In this document: piece by piece, positions 37,650 through 49,500 of the stretch | How the letters are laid out: each line of letters opens with the position of its first letter | Numbering within the stretch: the stretch's first letter is position 1 | NCBI RefSeq assembly: GCF_006345805.1 | Contig: NC_043014.1 | Location: forward strand, 45,508,001 to 45,572,000 | Reading direction: 5' to 3' | Length of the DNA stretch: 64,000 nucleotides | Origin: Octopus sinensis | Taxonomy: Eukaryota | The notes under the pieces: model-generated | Seen by the model: only the letters and a program-made list of their open reading frames with translations | Database searches by the model: none | Told to the model about the DNA's origin: nothing | Made by a program: the position numbers and the translations under genes

Positions 37650-40084
37650 CTGCCATTTAAGTATAAAAATATTGTAAGCCATTATCTATTGTTAGGGTAA
37701 TAACAGATAAGACTTTCTTCACAATTGCAGAGAGATCAAACGAGACTTTTTTAAACTGTATGATAGGTGTGGGCATGGTTGGGTGGTAAAATGTTTGCTT
37801 CACAGCCATATGGTTCTAGGTTCCATCCCACTGTGTGGCAATTTGAATAAGTGTCTTACTACTATAGCCTTGGGCTGACCTGGATTTAGTAGACGGAAAC
37901 TGAAAGAAGTCTGTCATATATATATATATAAAATTTTTTTCGTAATGAGATAAAAAACCAAGGCTGAGTAGATATTAGAACATTTATAGATAGGTCTTAC
38001 AGCTGTTTCGAGGATATTTATTATATCCCTTCATCGTAGACGGTGAGAGAATAGTTAAGTAATAGTTAATTTAGATAGGATACAAAATAGAGAGTGAGGT
38101 GGAGGAAAGGAAATAGATGTGAGATATGTAGGGATATTGAATTTGTAGATCCATTTTTTAGGCAGAATGGTATACATGTAAGATTCCAATAATTTATGAG
38201 TAAAATCCAACAGTATTTAAAATGTGTGTGTATGTGTGTGTCTTTGTGTCTGTGTTTGTCTGCCACCACTGCTTGACAACCAGTGTTGGTGTGTTTATGT
38301 CCCTGTAACTTAGAGGTTCGGTAAAAGAGATCAATAGAATAAGTACTGGGGTTGATTCATTTGCCTAAGAAGAATTCATCAAGGTAGTGCCCCAGCATGA
38401 CCACAGTCTAATGATTGAAACAAATGAAAAACAAAAGATAATAATAATAATATTTTCTACTATAGGCATAAGGCCTGAAATTTTGGGGGAGGGGGCTAGT
38501 CAATTACATCGCTGGTACTTATTTCATAACCCCTGAAAGAATGAAAGGCAAAGTTGACCTTGATGAGATTTGAACTCAGAGCGTTTAAGAGTCAAAAGAA
38601 ACACTGCAAATACAGCACTTTAACAATTCTGCCAATCCTCTGTTATGATGATGATGATGATAATGATAGTGATGATGATGATAATAAATAGGAGGGGAAG
38701 GAGGACAATGATGATGATGATGTTGATGGTGGTGGTAGTGGTGATGGTGACGAGGAAGCAGCGGACAATGATGATGATAGGTTTCAAGTAAGCATGAGGG
38801 AGAGGTTGTTGCCAAGAGACAAGGCAAGATCTAAAACAAACAAACAAGGAAGCTTTAGCACAACTGCTGGAACTGCTAGAAATAGCAGCTAAATTTTGCT
38901 GAAATAATAAATACCCTTACCTTCTTAGAAAAAAAAAAAAAACAATTAAAGGGACACATTGGATAATGTTTGGCTTCACACACTGTGTTGCACCTGAAAC
39001 AAAATAGCTAAAAGCACAAAAACAATACAAAAACACAAAAATCATTGGCTGGGCTCAGCTGGTTACACCTTTGATCATTGGTCTGCCTATGATCAAATGT
39101 TGACCTGTGGTTAAACAACATCAACAATGAGAACTGAATAACCATGCAGTAGTTTTATACAACAGTTCATGCAAGACACATACAAGCAGTATTCCAAGTG
39201 TTTTGGTATCAAAAAAGTTTCAGGGTGTAGAATAGGGGAATGGTGTATTTTATGGTATTTTCTCATTTTTATTTTTATTTTTATTTTGTTTTATTTTTTG
39301 CACATTTCTTACCTTCAAAACCCTACCTGAACAGATAGTGAAGCCTGGGGCAGTCTTCTGCCTAGCCAGCCCCTGAAAAACTGTCCAACCCATGCCAGCA
39401 TGGAAAAGTACGTTAAATGATGATGATGGTGATTTCTTCATTTACTCTTTTACTTGTTGCAGTCAGACTATGGCCACGCTGGAGCACCAACTTGTAGGAT
39501 TAGCCAAACAAATTGATCATAGTTATAAGCAGCTATCTTTCCCTTTTTTCTGGTGAGGATGTAGTCAATTTGGCTAGTGTGTCTGCTGTGTGTGTGTGTG
39601 CTTTGAGTAGACATGCCTGAGTGAATATAGGTATTTATGTAGATGTGTGTGTATTCGTCTCTATGTTTATGAATATGTATGCAGATATATATTTCTGTGT
39701 ATGATATCTTATTTCTTTACTGCCCACAAGGGGCTAAACACAGAGGGGACAAACAAGGACAGACAAAGGGATTAAGTTGATTATATTGACCCCAGTGCAT
39801 AACTGGTACTTATTTAATCAATCCTGAGAGGATGAAAGGCAAAGTCGACCTCGGCGGAATTTGAACTCTGAACGTAGCAGCAGTCGAAATACTGCTAAGC
39901 ATTTCGCCTGGTGTGCTAACGTTTCTGCCAGCTGGCCGCCTTGTGAATTTCTGTGTATGATATTTGAATACTTATATATTTGTACTCATTTGTAGGTGAT
40001 TTTTGTGTTTGTAAAATATAAAAAATATAAAAGAAAGGGAGAGAGAGAGAGAGAGAGAGTAATGTATGTGCGCGCATGGTTAAG

Positions 40085-40540
40085 ATGAGGGCAATATTGG
40101 ATTGCAGTTCTGACAGGTGAAAGCCAGTATTAAACTTCCTGTATCCTGCCTCGTTAACGACTATCACCTGCTGGCATATGATATAGCTGATAGTTCCATA
40201 TAGTGAAATCCGTTGAAATTCAATGTTCCAGACTGGCAGGCTCTTAGTTTCATATGGTCATATCAGTTTTAGCTTGTTTTAACGAGCTGGAAAAGAGCCA
40301 TTAGCACATCCGAGGTGCTGGAATGTTTTAAGTCTGTTGTAACTGGTTGGTATATAGTAAGTAACTCATCTGGCTGTAGCATCTTAAACCTGTATATTGT
40401 GGATTACACCAAGACATTCTTTAAATTGCATAGATTTCTAAGAGTTTTGCCATGTTGGTCTCCAATCTCTAGTCTACATTCTGGGACATAAAAACCAACC
40501 CAAAGTACTTGCCAAGTTGAAATTGCTCATATGTTGGCTC
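40085..40540 (-). mobile_element. Highly decayed LINE RT C-terminal fragment (CR1-group-like)
   Basis: Broken frames such as LQPDELLTIY and VVNEAGYRKFNTGFHLSELQSNIAL; weak motif resemblance only. Confidence 0.3.
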
Positions 40541-40610
40541 CTTTTACATATTGACATATGTATACACACATTGAAATGTGTGTGTGTAAATATTTGTGTA
40601 TACAGACATA

Positions 40611-41040
40611 CCATAAATCCTCGAGTATAGTCCACCCTTGAGTATAATACGCAGGGGAATTTTAGGGAGCTGTACCTCTGAAAAACCTAAACCTTGTGTA
40701 TAATATGCACCCCTTCTCTAACTTGAGTCAAGGAGGTCTATATAACGTCCTTGGTTTGTAAAAATGCATACAGTAATGTCCTTTATTATTATTGTATATA
40801 TAACATAATGCAAACGTGTAGCTTTTCTGTGCATTTTGTTTGCAGAAAATAAAGAAATAACAGTAATAACGTTTAATAATTGTTGCTTACTGCAAGTTAT
40901 GAATGATTCTTTTATGACTTCATTGCTTTCAGGCTTAGCTTAAGGTATTTTCGCGCTCGACATCACAAAATGCTTGAAAAATTGTGAAGATATTAAGATA
41001 TTTTTCTTAACATGAAACCAATGGTAGCCTCAATACACAA
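40611..41040 (+). mobile_element. Left end of a Tc1/pogo-type DNA transposon or MITE
   Basis: TA|CCATAAATCCTCGAGTATAGTCC...GAGTATAATACGCA with an internal repeat GTGTATAATATGCA; right end not found. Confidence 0.4.
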
Positions 41041-41836
41041 ATTTTATCCACTAATGCAGTGTTGAGCACTCATTCTCGTTCGACACACACACACATATAA
41101 TATTGGTTTCAAATGTTGGCACAAGGCCAGCAATTTTGGGGAAGGGGTTCAGTTTAGCCATCTTTACTATAAATTGTGGATTTCTTTAATTTTTTAGTGT
41201 TTTATTCACTGGACTACAGCCATGCCGGGATACCATCTTGTAGATTTAGTCAGACAAATCAACCCCAGTATTTATTCTATTGAGGTCAGGTTAGGGATCT
41301 CATCACGGGCTGATGAGACCTGCTACTGGTGCCAATGTAAACCAGTACTACCTGTTCCATGGTCAAGTGGTCTGTGACCAAACTGGCTCCCTCACTTGAG
41401 TAGCTTGCTGCTCTTGTAAGGCAGATGTCAGGACACCCGGCGGGACTAAAAACAAGACCTGTTGAAGGGCAGATGAGTGTCTTGTAGGCCAACAGCCAAC
41501 CAGTTGAGGAAGGCAGTTACAAACTGCCCCAATATCTCTGCCAAGAAAACTCTATGAGAAAGTCAAATTGAATTAATATTATAGCCTCAACCAATGGGAG
41601 AAACTTATGCTTGATTGAGAAGATCTTTGTTGAAGTGTCATCAACACACTGCAAAAGCATTGGATACTTGATGGCAACTTATTCTATCAGTCTCACCAGC
41701 TGTCAGTTTAACCATCATTAACAGTGGATGCAGTAACAGCAGCCACTTGTTAATTTAGCCGTCTTTGCTCCAAATTATCGAACCATTAAGTAGTTCTTAA
41801 AAGAGTATATTTCCACAGCTCTTTAAGAATACTCAC

Positions 41837-41893
41837 TAACAAATGGTTGGTGGGAATTATTTAATCGGAATCGCTGTCGTTCAAGTGCTTCCA
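41837..41893 (-). CDS. Candidate exon (L)EALERQRFRLNNSHQPFV
   Basis: Acceptor tttactctttctgtaaatcttcaag|, donor |gtgagt, 79-nt intron to the previous candidate, phase-compatible. Confidence 0.35.
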
Positions 41894-41972
41894 CTTGAAG
41901 ATTTACAGAAAGAGTAAACCCAGTAACGGATGTTATTGTTATTTATCTTATTGCTAATCAGTTTTCTCTCAC

Positions 41973-42058
41973 AGCTGAATTCTCTGATATCACGAAATAT
42001 TGACCTTTTAGCATTTTCACCATCACTGCCATTAGCATTATTGTCCTCATTGGTGCTG
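41973..42058 (-). CDS. Candidate exon (I)STNEDNNANGSDGENAKRSIFRDIREFS(L), unknown product
   Basis: Acceptor ttggctcaccag|, donor |gtgaga, open frame. The register-aligned plus frame has a TGA. Plus-strand splice sites also exist, so strand is ambiguous. Confidence 0.35.
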
Positions 42059-42593
42059 CTGGTGAGCCAAATGAACCTTTACATGGTTGGTAGATCTGTT
42101 GTGTGGAGGCGCAATGGCCCAGTGGTTAGGGCAGCGGACTCGCGATCATAGGACCGCGGTTTCGATTCCCAGACCGGGCGTTGTGAGTGTTTATTGAGCA
42201 AAAACACCTAAAAGCTCCACGAGGCTCCGGCAGGGGATGGTGGTGATCCCTGCTGTACTCTTTCACCACAACTTTCTCTCACTCTTACTTCCTGTTTCTG
42301 TTGTACCTGTATTTCAAGGGGCCAGCCTTGTCACTCTCTGTGTCACGCTGAATATCCCTGAGAACTATGTTAAGGGTACACGTGTCTGTGGAGTGCTCAG
42401 CCACTTACACGTTAATTTCATGAGCAGGCTGTTCCGTTGATTCGGATCAACCGGAACTCTCATCGTCGTAACCGACGGAGTACTTCTATCCAGATCTGCT
42501 GTAAATAGCAGCCAAATTGCCATCAAATCACACTCCAGTCTTCATTTTTTATCTTATAGTTCGACCTGGGTGGAGCTGGCATGAGACCAGAGG

Positions 42594-42974
42594 GATCTTT
42601 ACCTTTTGACCGACAGATTTTTAAAATAATTTTTTGTAACTAAACACTTTCAAACTTCGGACCCTAACCCTAAAACCTTAAAACCAGTACAAACGCATGA
42701 ACGATGTCATAAATATAACAGTGACAAACGAAATATACACCGCTGGAAGTTGTTGTTGACAAACAACGGCAGTAATTTTATTCAGCTTGATACACGCCAT
42801 TGATTGGTTGAAATTACCGAAATATGAGAAATTTAAGGTGAAATATCTTCGTAAATATAAGTTTTTCTCAAAAATGCTAAGAGTAAAAGATGTTTTATAT
42901 GACACATTCTACCAGTGTCCGAAGTTTGAAGGTGTTTAGATTTTTTAAATCTGTAGGTCAAAAGGTAACGATCT
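42594..42974. mobile_element. MITE with long imperfect TIRs (MULE- or hAT-like)
   Basis: GATCTTTACCTTTTGACCGACAGATTT vs AAATCTGTAGGTCAAAAGGTAACGATC; inner inverted AAACACTTTCAAACTTCGGAC / GTCCGAAGTTTGAAGGTGTTT; flanking direct repeat GACCAGAGG (8-9 bp). Confidence 0.75.
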
Positions 42975-43101
42975 GACCAGAGGACACACTATCAGATAAT
43001 GTATTCCTACCCCCTCTCTCCCTCTAATTGTTATTGATGTTAAGCAAGATGTTAAGCAGCTACACTTGCTAGAAATAATAGCCAAATTTCTCTTAACTCA
43101 C

Positions 43102-43112
43102 ATTTCAGTCAT
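43102..43112 (-). CDS. Tentative first coding piece (ATG ACT GAA AT) of a candidate minus-strand gene
   Basis: ATG 11 nt before a strong donor AAT|gtgagt; phase 2 matches the next candidate exon. Confidence 0.28.
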
Positions 43113-43899
43113 TACTTTCTACCAACGGTTTGGCTTTGGGAGAGACAAGTTCTTCAAGGCTGATAGGACCCATGTTATCGATGTTCTTCATACACAGTGG
43201 CTGCAGGTAAGACATGGACAAATTCTCCTCCTCTGTTTTTAACCAGAATCATGGTCTTGTATGTATCAAACAGTTTTTCTTTTTTTTTCGATTCATAGTT
43301 ATTTTCTTTACCTTCTAATATTTCACCGTAGAGTGAGAATTATGTTATTTAGCCCCAAGGTAAGCCCTGACCAAGCAGACTTCTCATCAAAATCATTCCA
43401 GTTATGACCATCCACCCTCTCCCTTTGTAGATCAGAAACTGTGTTATCCAGTGTATACTGTTTTAAGACAAATGTGATCTGAGGAAGATTTAGCAGTAAT
43501 TTCTAGCAGGTCAATTTACAGCATAGAGGCTTCATCACTGGCTTAAATTGAAAGTTGGGCCTCTTTTTTTTTTTTTCCCTCCAGACACATTCTCAGAAAG
43601 AAGTCAGTATGTGTCTTGCCCCAGGACCTAATGCCGTACTTTTAGGGCGTGAAACATGATTTTAAAAAAAATCCTTTTTATTTTTTAGCGAAATCCAATT
43701 TTGCTAAATCAATATTTTTTTTCTAATAGAATACCCCTCTTTACTCATTCCGAGAAATGCTAACTGTGTAGCAAGTTTTCTACTGGAATTTTCATTTTTC
43801 TACTTTACAACCACTTTGCTTAATAGCAATATTGAATTAATTATCAGTAAGTGGTTGGTAATCTGTTTAAATTTTTCTACTGACCCCACCACTTCAGAA

Positions 43900-45065
43900 T
43901 GAGAGGTGAGGTAACCTCAGCAGGATTTGAACTCACAAGTATAAAGGATCATGATTAAATACTTATTACATGGCATTTTGTCTGATGCTCTACCGACTCA
44001 ACTAATCATCACCATTAACTGTAGAATTAAAGATATACTTGTCAACCTTCCTCCTCTGGGATTTGAACTCAGAATGTGAAAGAGTGTGGACTAAATACTT
44101 ACTACATGGCATTTAGTTGGATGCTCTACCGACTCAACTAATCAACACCATTAATTGTAGAACTAAAGATATACTCATCAACTTTCCTCCTCTGGGATTT
44201 GAACTCAGAATATGAAAGACTGTGACTACTTACTACATGGCATTTAGTTGGATGCTCTACCGATTCAACTAATCAACACCATTAAATGTAGAATTAAAGA
44301 TATAGTCAACCTTCCTCCTCTGGGATTTGAACTCAGAATGTGAAAGACTGTGGACTAAATACTTACTACATGGCATTTAGTTGGATGCTCTACCGACTCA
44401 AACAACCAACACCATTAACTGTAGAATTAAAGATATACTCATCAACTTCCCTCCTCTGGGATTTGAACTCAGAATATGAAAGACTGTGACTACTTACTAC
44501 ATGGCATTTAGTTGGATGCTCTACCGATTCAACTAATCAACACCATTAAATGTAGAATTAAAGATATAGTCAACCTTCCTCCTCTGGGATTTGAACTCAG
44601 AATGTGAAAGACTGTGGACTAAATACTTACTACATGGCATTTAGTTGGATGCTCTACCGACTCAAACAACCAACACCATTAACTGTAGAATTAAAGATAT
44701 ACTCATCAACTTCCCTCCTCTGGGATTTGAACTCAGAATATGAAAGACTGTGACTACTTACTACATGGCATTTAGTTGGATGCTCTACCGACTCAAACAA
44801 CCAACACCATTAACTGTAGAATTAAAGATATACTCATCAACTTCCCTCCTCTGGGATTTGAACTCAGAATATGAAAGACTGTGACTACTTACTACATGGC
44901 ATTTAGTTGGATGCTCTACCGATTCAACTAATCAACACCATTAAATGTAGAATTAAAGATATAGTCAACCTTCCTCCTCTGGGATTTGAACTCAGAATGT
45001 GAAAGACTGTGGACTAAATACCACATGGCATTTTGCCTGATGCTCTACTGACTCAGCTAACCAGC
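43900..45065. repeat. About nine-unit minisatellite, periods alternating ~136/128 bp
   Basis: GGATTTGAACTC recurs near 43923, 44059, 44195, 44323, 44459, 44587, 44723, 44854 and 44982. Confidence 0.92.
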
Positions 45066-46190
45066 AGCACAAGCAATAGGATTAAAGGTGAACTTGTTGA
45101 CTTTCCCTCCATTAAGAATGTGCATCGACAACACCTAAGAGACTTTCCCTCTTTCCGGCTTTCAGTTAGTCAGAAGCCCCCTTTTTATTGTTCTGCTACT
45201 TTTGTTTTGAGAACACGAAGCTACAAGTTAAATTGCATAACACTGCAGTCGCCGAACAATGGAGACTGTGCACTGGCAACACTGTGATCAAGATGTCGGG
45301 TGCAGTTATTGATTTATTTTTAGAAGTAATTTATGCTGCTTTCATCAAATAAAACGAGAGTGCATGCGTATGTGCATGCATATGTGAATTTATTACATGA
45401 AATAAGCGGAGGAAAATGCAAGCGTGTAAGAAGAGGGTCACATGCATTATTATTGAAATAAAATATTCGTTGAGGTCATTCGGTATGAAAAATTTCGATT
45501 CACAACTGACAAACGCATAATAATGAACCAATGATGGAACCTCTGTGAGGGTGCTTGACTGGCTAGAAATAGCAGCTGAGTGTAACTGGTGCTCTGTTGG
45601 TTACGACGATGAGGGTTTCGACTGATCTGATCAATGGAACAGCCTGCTTGTGAAATTGATGTGAAAATGGCTGAGCACTCCACAGACACAAGTACCCTTG
45701 ACGTAGCTCCCAGGAAGATTCAGCAGGACACAGGGTGTGACAAGGCTGGCCCCCTTGAGCTTCAGGTACTACTCACTTTTGCCAGGTGAGTAGACTGGAA
45801 CACCGTGAAATAAGGACACAATGCATCACCAGGAATTGAACCCATGACCATACCATCTTGAACAGACGACCCTAACCACTTAGCCATATGTTTTCTTTGC
45901 TGAATCTGAAGAAAAAGATGGCCAGGGCTGGAATGGTTTTGATCATAGGCTTACTTGGGGTTAAACAACAGAAATGAGCTAAATAAAAAAAAAAAAAAAA
46001 AAAAAAAAAGGAATTGTGATTTATGTGCATGGAAAACTTTGTAAGATTAGGAGGGTGGGTACAATCATGACAAAAAGACTCTACTGGTATTGGTTTTCTT
46101 GGGCCCCAGTCCCCAAAGGAAAGAAATGCGAGGTTGGAACTGAGGGAGTTTGAAATTAGACCCCTTGAAATTACATTGAATGCTGTAAAG

Positions 46191-46392
46191 CAGTGCTTTT
46201 CAAACTTTTTGCTGGAACGGAACCCCAAGGAAACATTCCACTGGCTCGAGGAACCCCTGTGCAATAATTTAATAGTCTTATGCACACATATCTGCACAGG
46301 AGAATTAAAAATTACTGCTGATTTTAGCAGTTTTGCTAACTTCTTGCGGAACCCCTGCACTGTACTGGGGGAACCCTGGTTGAAAACCACTG
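46191..46392. mobile_element. Second copy of the same hAT MITE
   Basis: Near-identical to 1056-1252; 8-bp TSD CTGTAAAG. Confidence 0.9.
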
Positions 46393-46573
46393 CTGTAAAG
46401 CAATAATAGTTTGGCATTCTACTGTCTTGGCAGTAACTGTCACTCCATTTCCTACAATGCAGAAATACTGCAGCCAAAGTAGACAAAATCATTTAGAAGT
46501 TGATGTGTGTTAGTAAGAATTGTTAGTACAAATATATCACAGAGAGAGGCACACAGTTTCCATTTAAATGTAT

Positions 46574-46579
46574 TTTATT
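46574..46579 (-). promoter_or_regulatory. Candidate distal polyadenylation signal of the 55-58 kb gene
   Basis: Minus-strand AATAAA with an upstream TGTA (tttttgtacaat) and a downstream GT/T-rich tract (ctgtgtgcctctctctgtg), at the end of a TE-poor stretch. Confidence 0.35.
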
Positions 46580-49500
46580 ATAAAACGATATTAACATTAT
46601 TGTACAAAAATTAGGGCTATATATTTTGATACACCTGGAAATTGTCAAAGTGATTTTGTTTTGGAACTGTCAGAGGGCGAAGTCAAATTATAATCAGTCT
46701 GGTCAAAAAAGTGCATAGCATTTGTAAACTTTGCACAAAGTAAAATGGAAAAAAAAAAGTCTGAAAAGAGCATTTTTTTTACTCAGTTAAAAATGTTTTG
46801 CCTTAAATACTGCTCTCGAGAAGAAATAGATTGAGGGGAAGAGGAGATTTAATTCAGAGGGATTTAAAAAAAAAAAGGTGGAATCAAATAAAACATTTAC
46901 TTTAGACTGGATTAACCTCCAATGTTATCCAAATTTTTCACTCCAGATGGTAATTAATTATCAAATTAATATTATTTACAATTCTACAAACATTAAAGTT
47001 AATGTTACCGGAGAGTGTCAAAATGGAAAAACGAAAAATAAACATAAAAATTAATGCAAAATATTTGATTTCTTTTAGATTTCTGACAACATAAAATTCT
47101 AATTTATGGCTAAGATGTTATGTTGTCATGTAATTAACCAGTTAAAAAAAAAAAATTCTCATTACAAAAAAAATGGGGAAGGGGTGGGGACAGTTTCTCT
47201 TATTCTTTTTCATTCCAAGTCTCTGTTCTTGAAAGAGTTTTATATATGGAATAACAATAGCTTTTTTTTTAAGGAAAAATTTTAAGAAAAAAAAAAAATG
47301 TTTTTGCAATTCTGTTGAGCTAACATTGTTAAATATTCGGTTAATGGTAAATGTGTCACAACAAAGCACTTAAGAAATTGTGCTATTAATACAGATAAAT
47401 CAAAACTAAGTTACTCTTTTTTTTTTTTTTTTTTACAGAACATTTTCTTCCCTTCCCATTCACTGACCAGCAGATATTATACAAACTTCCAGGTAAAATT
47501 GGCATGTTTTTCTTTTCGGCACTTAATTTATTTCTGTCACAATTGGGGGAGGGGAAACAAAAAAAAAAGTCAATAAAAAAAACATACACACAAAAGACAA
47601 TTTATAAAGAACCTCCATATACACTTTTTTTGTTTTTGTTTACAGTTCATTGAACACACAAAATGTTTGTTTTTTTTCTTTAATACAGGATTACTTTTCA
47701 CGCTTGTCGGCTGCGTCATTTTTGCAGTTGTCAGTTTTTTTCTCAATAAGTGAAATGAATTTTGTGAAAAGTAGGTATGTCTTTCCTATGAAAACTGGTG
47801 GTACATCATCATCATCATCATCATCATATATGGAAAGGCCAGATTGATGTATATGAGAGAGAGAATGTACAGTTATAGCAGTCAATGTTGAGCACTGTTT
47901 AAGCTTTTATTCATGTCTGTCTGTCTGTCTATTTGGAATGGGTGTAGGTGCAAACGTAGAAATTGAGCCTGTGGCCACCAAGGGGCACAATGTTACAAAA
48001 ATGAGGAGGAAAAAAATCAAAGAGAGAGAGAGAGAGACAGGAAAATCTTGAGCAAAATACTACGAAAACTGATACGGTAAGATGGTTTTATATAACACAC
48101 ACACACACACACACTATATATATAACAGGAACATTTTTGTGTTATTTCTCTTGCCTCGCAACAAATGGATTTGAAATGACTTTGGAAAGTTTTGGACTGA
48201 CTCCTTGAACTATTTAAAAAAAAAAAAAAACTTTTCAGTGTATGTTGACTAAACTTTGAATTCATTTCGAAAATTGCTATTTGTTGGGTTTCACCTGGCT
48301 TCTAAACCATTTACAATTTATAATATATGTAAATAGATTTTAAATATTGATAAAGAACAGAAACATATTTTCTCGTCTTTTCTTTCAAAACATCCTGATC
48401 TAGACAGTGCTATTTTAATAAATATAATAATCCTTTCTACTATAGGTACAAGGCTTGAAATTTTGGGGAAGGGGACAAGTCGATTACATCGACCCCAGTT
48501 TTTCACTGGTACTTTGACCCTGAAAGGTAAAGTCAGCCTTGGCAGAATTTGAACTCAGAATGTTAGGACAGATGAAATACCACTAAGCATTTTTCCCAGA
48601 GTGCTAACGATTCTGCTAGCTTGCTGCCTTAATAATAATAATAATAATACTACTAATAATAATAATAGGTGAATTTACCCAGTCCTTAAAGCAAAAACCA
48701 AAAACAGTTTAGAAACTCTTCTTGCTTTCAATCTAACTAAAATCATTGCCATTTTTTTGAGTTACACAACAGTTCTAAAATGAGCAGAAATTGCTGCTTT
48801 TTCAGAAATTTATAGATTATGAAATAGAAAGTCCAAGACCTGTAAACTGTCCTTAATAGAACAAACCAAAATAACAAATAACTCTAGTCTGTTACGATTT
48901 TAGGACCATTTTCAATGAAAATGGGATAAAATAAATAACCTACAAAAGCCATTTTGAATAACACAGTCAACTTGACACAACATTGCTAAAGGCAGATGCA
49001 GCAGAAAGCATTTTGCATGGCATAAATGTCTCAGACAAGCTTTATATTTAACAAGCTAAACCATGAGATGTTGATTGACAGCTAAGAGAGGTGGGCAGAG
49101 ATATTTCCCCTTAGGTGATCAGAATTAAAAGATTAACATCACATCGAGGTTAATGATTGAATTAAGAAGTTATCTATTTGTCAGTGAAGAGTTTGTTGAC
49201 AATTTGCCTAAAAAGCTTCTTTGCTTTTTGTTTTTCTGTTACAAATAGAAAATGGTTTTCAAACAGAAATGTCATCTTCATTTTTACTAACCAATAATGG
49301 CTTGGCTGTGATGGTTTAAACCGGCCACATCTGGCCCAGATAGTCTACTTGTTTTATATTTGAAGTAGCCATATCTAACCTCTCACACCTAACCTACATT
49401 GACATTCTAAAAATAAGCAATCACATTATTGAAACCTCAAAGCTGAAGATAATACATGAATAATTCAAAACAATTTGAGTGAAAAAGTATTACAATTAAC

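Noticed and set aside
38922-38996. Minus-strand exon with strong acceptor and AAG|gtaagg donor
   Set aside because: The content is a common repeat fragment plus a 14-nt homopolymer; unnatural translation.
41975-42061. In-frame TGA at 42001 as selenocysteine or edited Trp in a plus-strand TM exon (KY*PFSIFTITAISIIV)
   Set aside because: No SECIS or selenoprotein motif seen. The TGA can be excluded by the acceptor at 42011, or is Ser on the open minus frame.
42106-42180. tRNA genes (also at 7745, 8150, 34685 and 36880)
   Set aside because: A/B boxes only; no complete cloverleaf or acceptor stem; each continues into a SINE body.
42660-42685. CCCTAACCCTAA telomere-like motif
   Set aside because: Only two units, inside a MITE.
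43112-43140. FYQRFGF as a GNAT acetyltransferase motif
   Set aside because: Too short; no acetyl-CoA-binding motif A nearby; strand uncertain.
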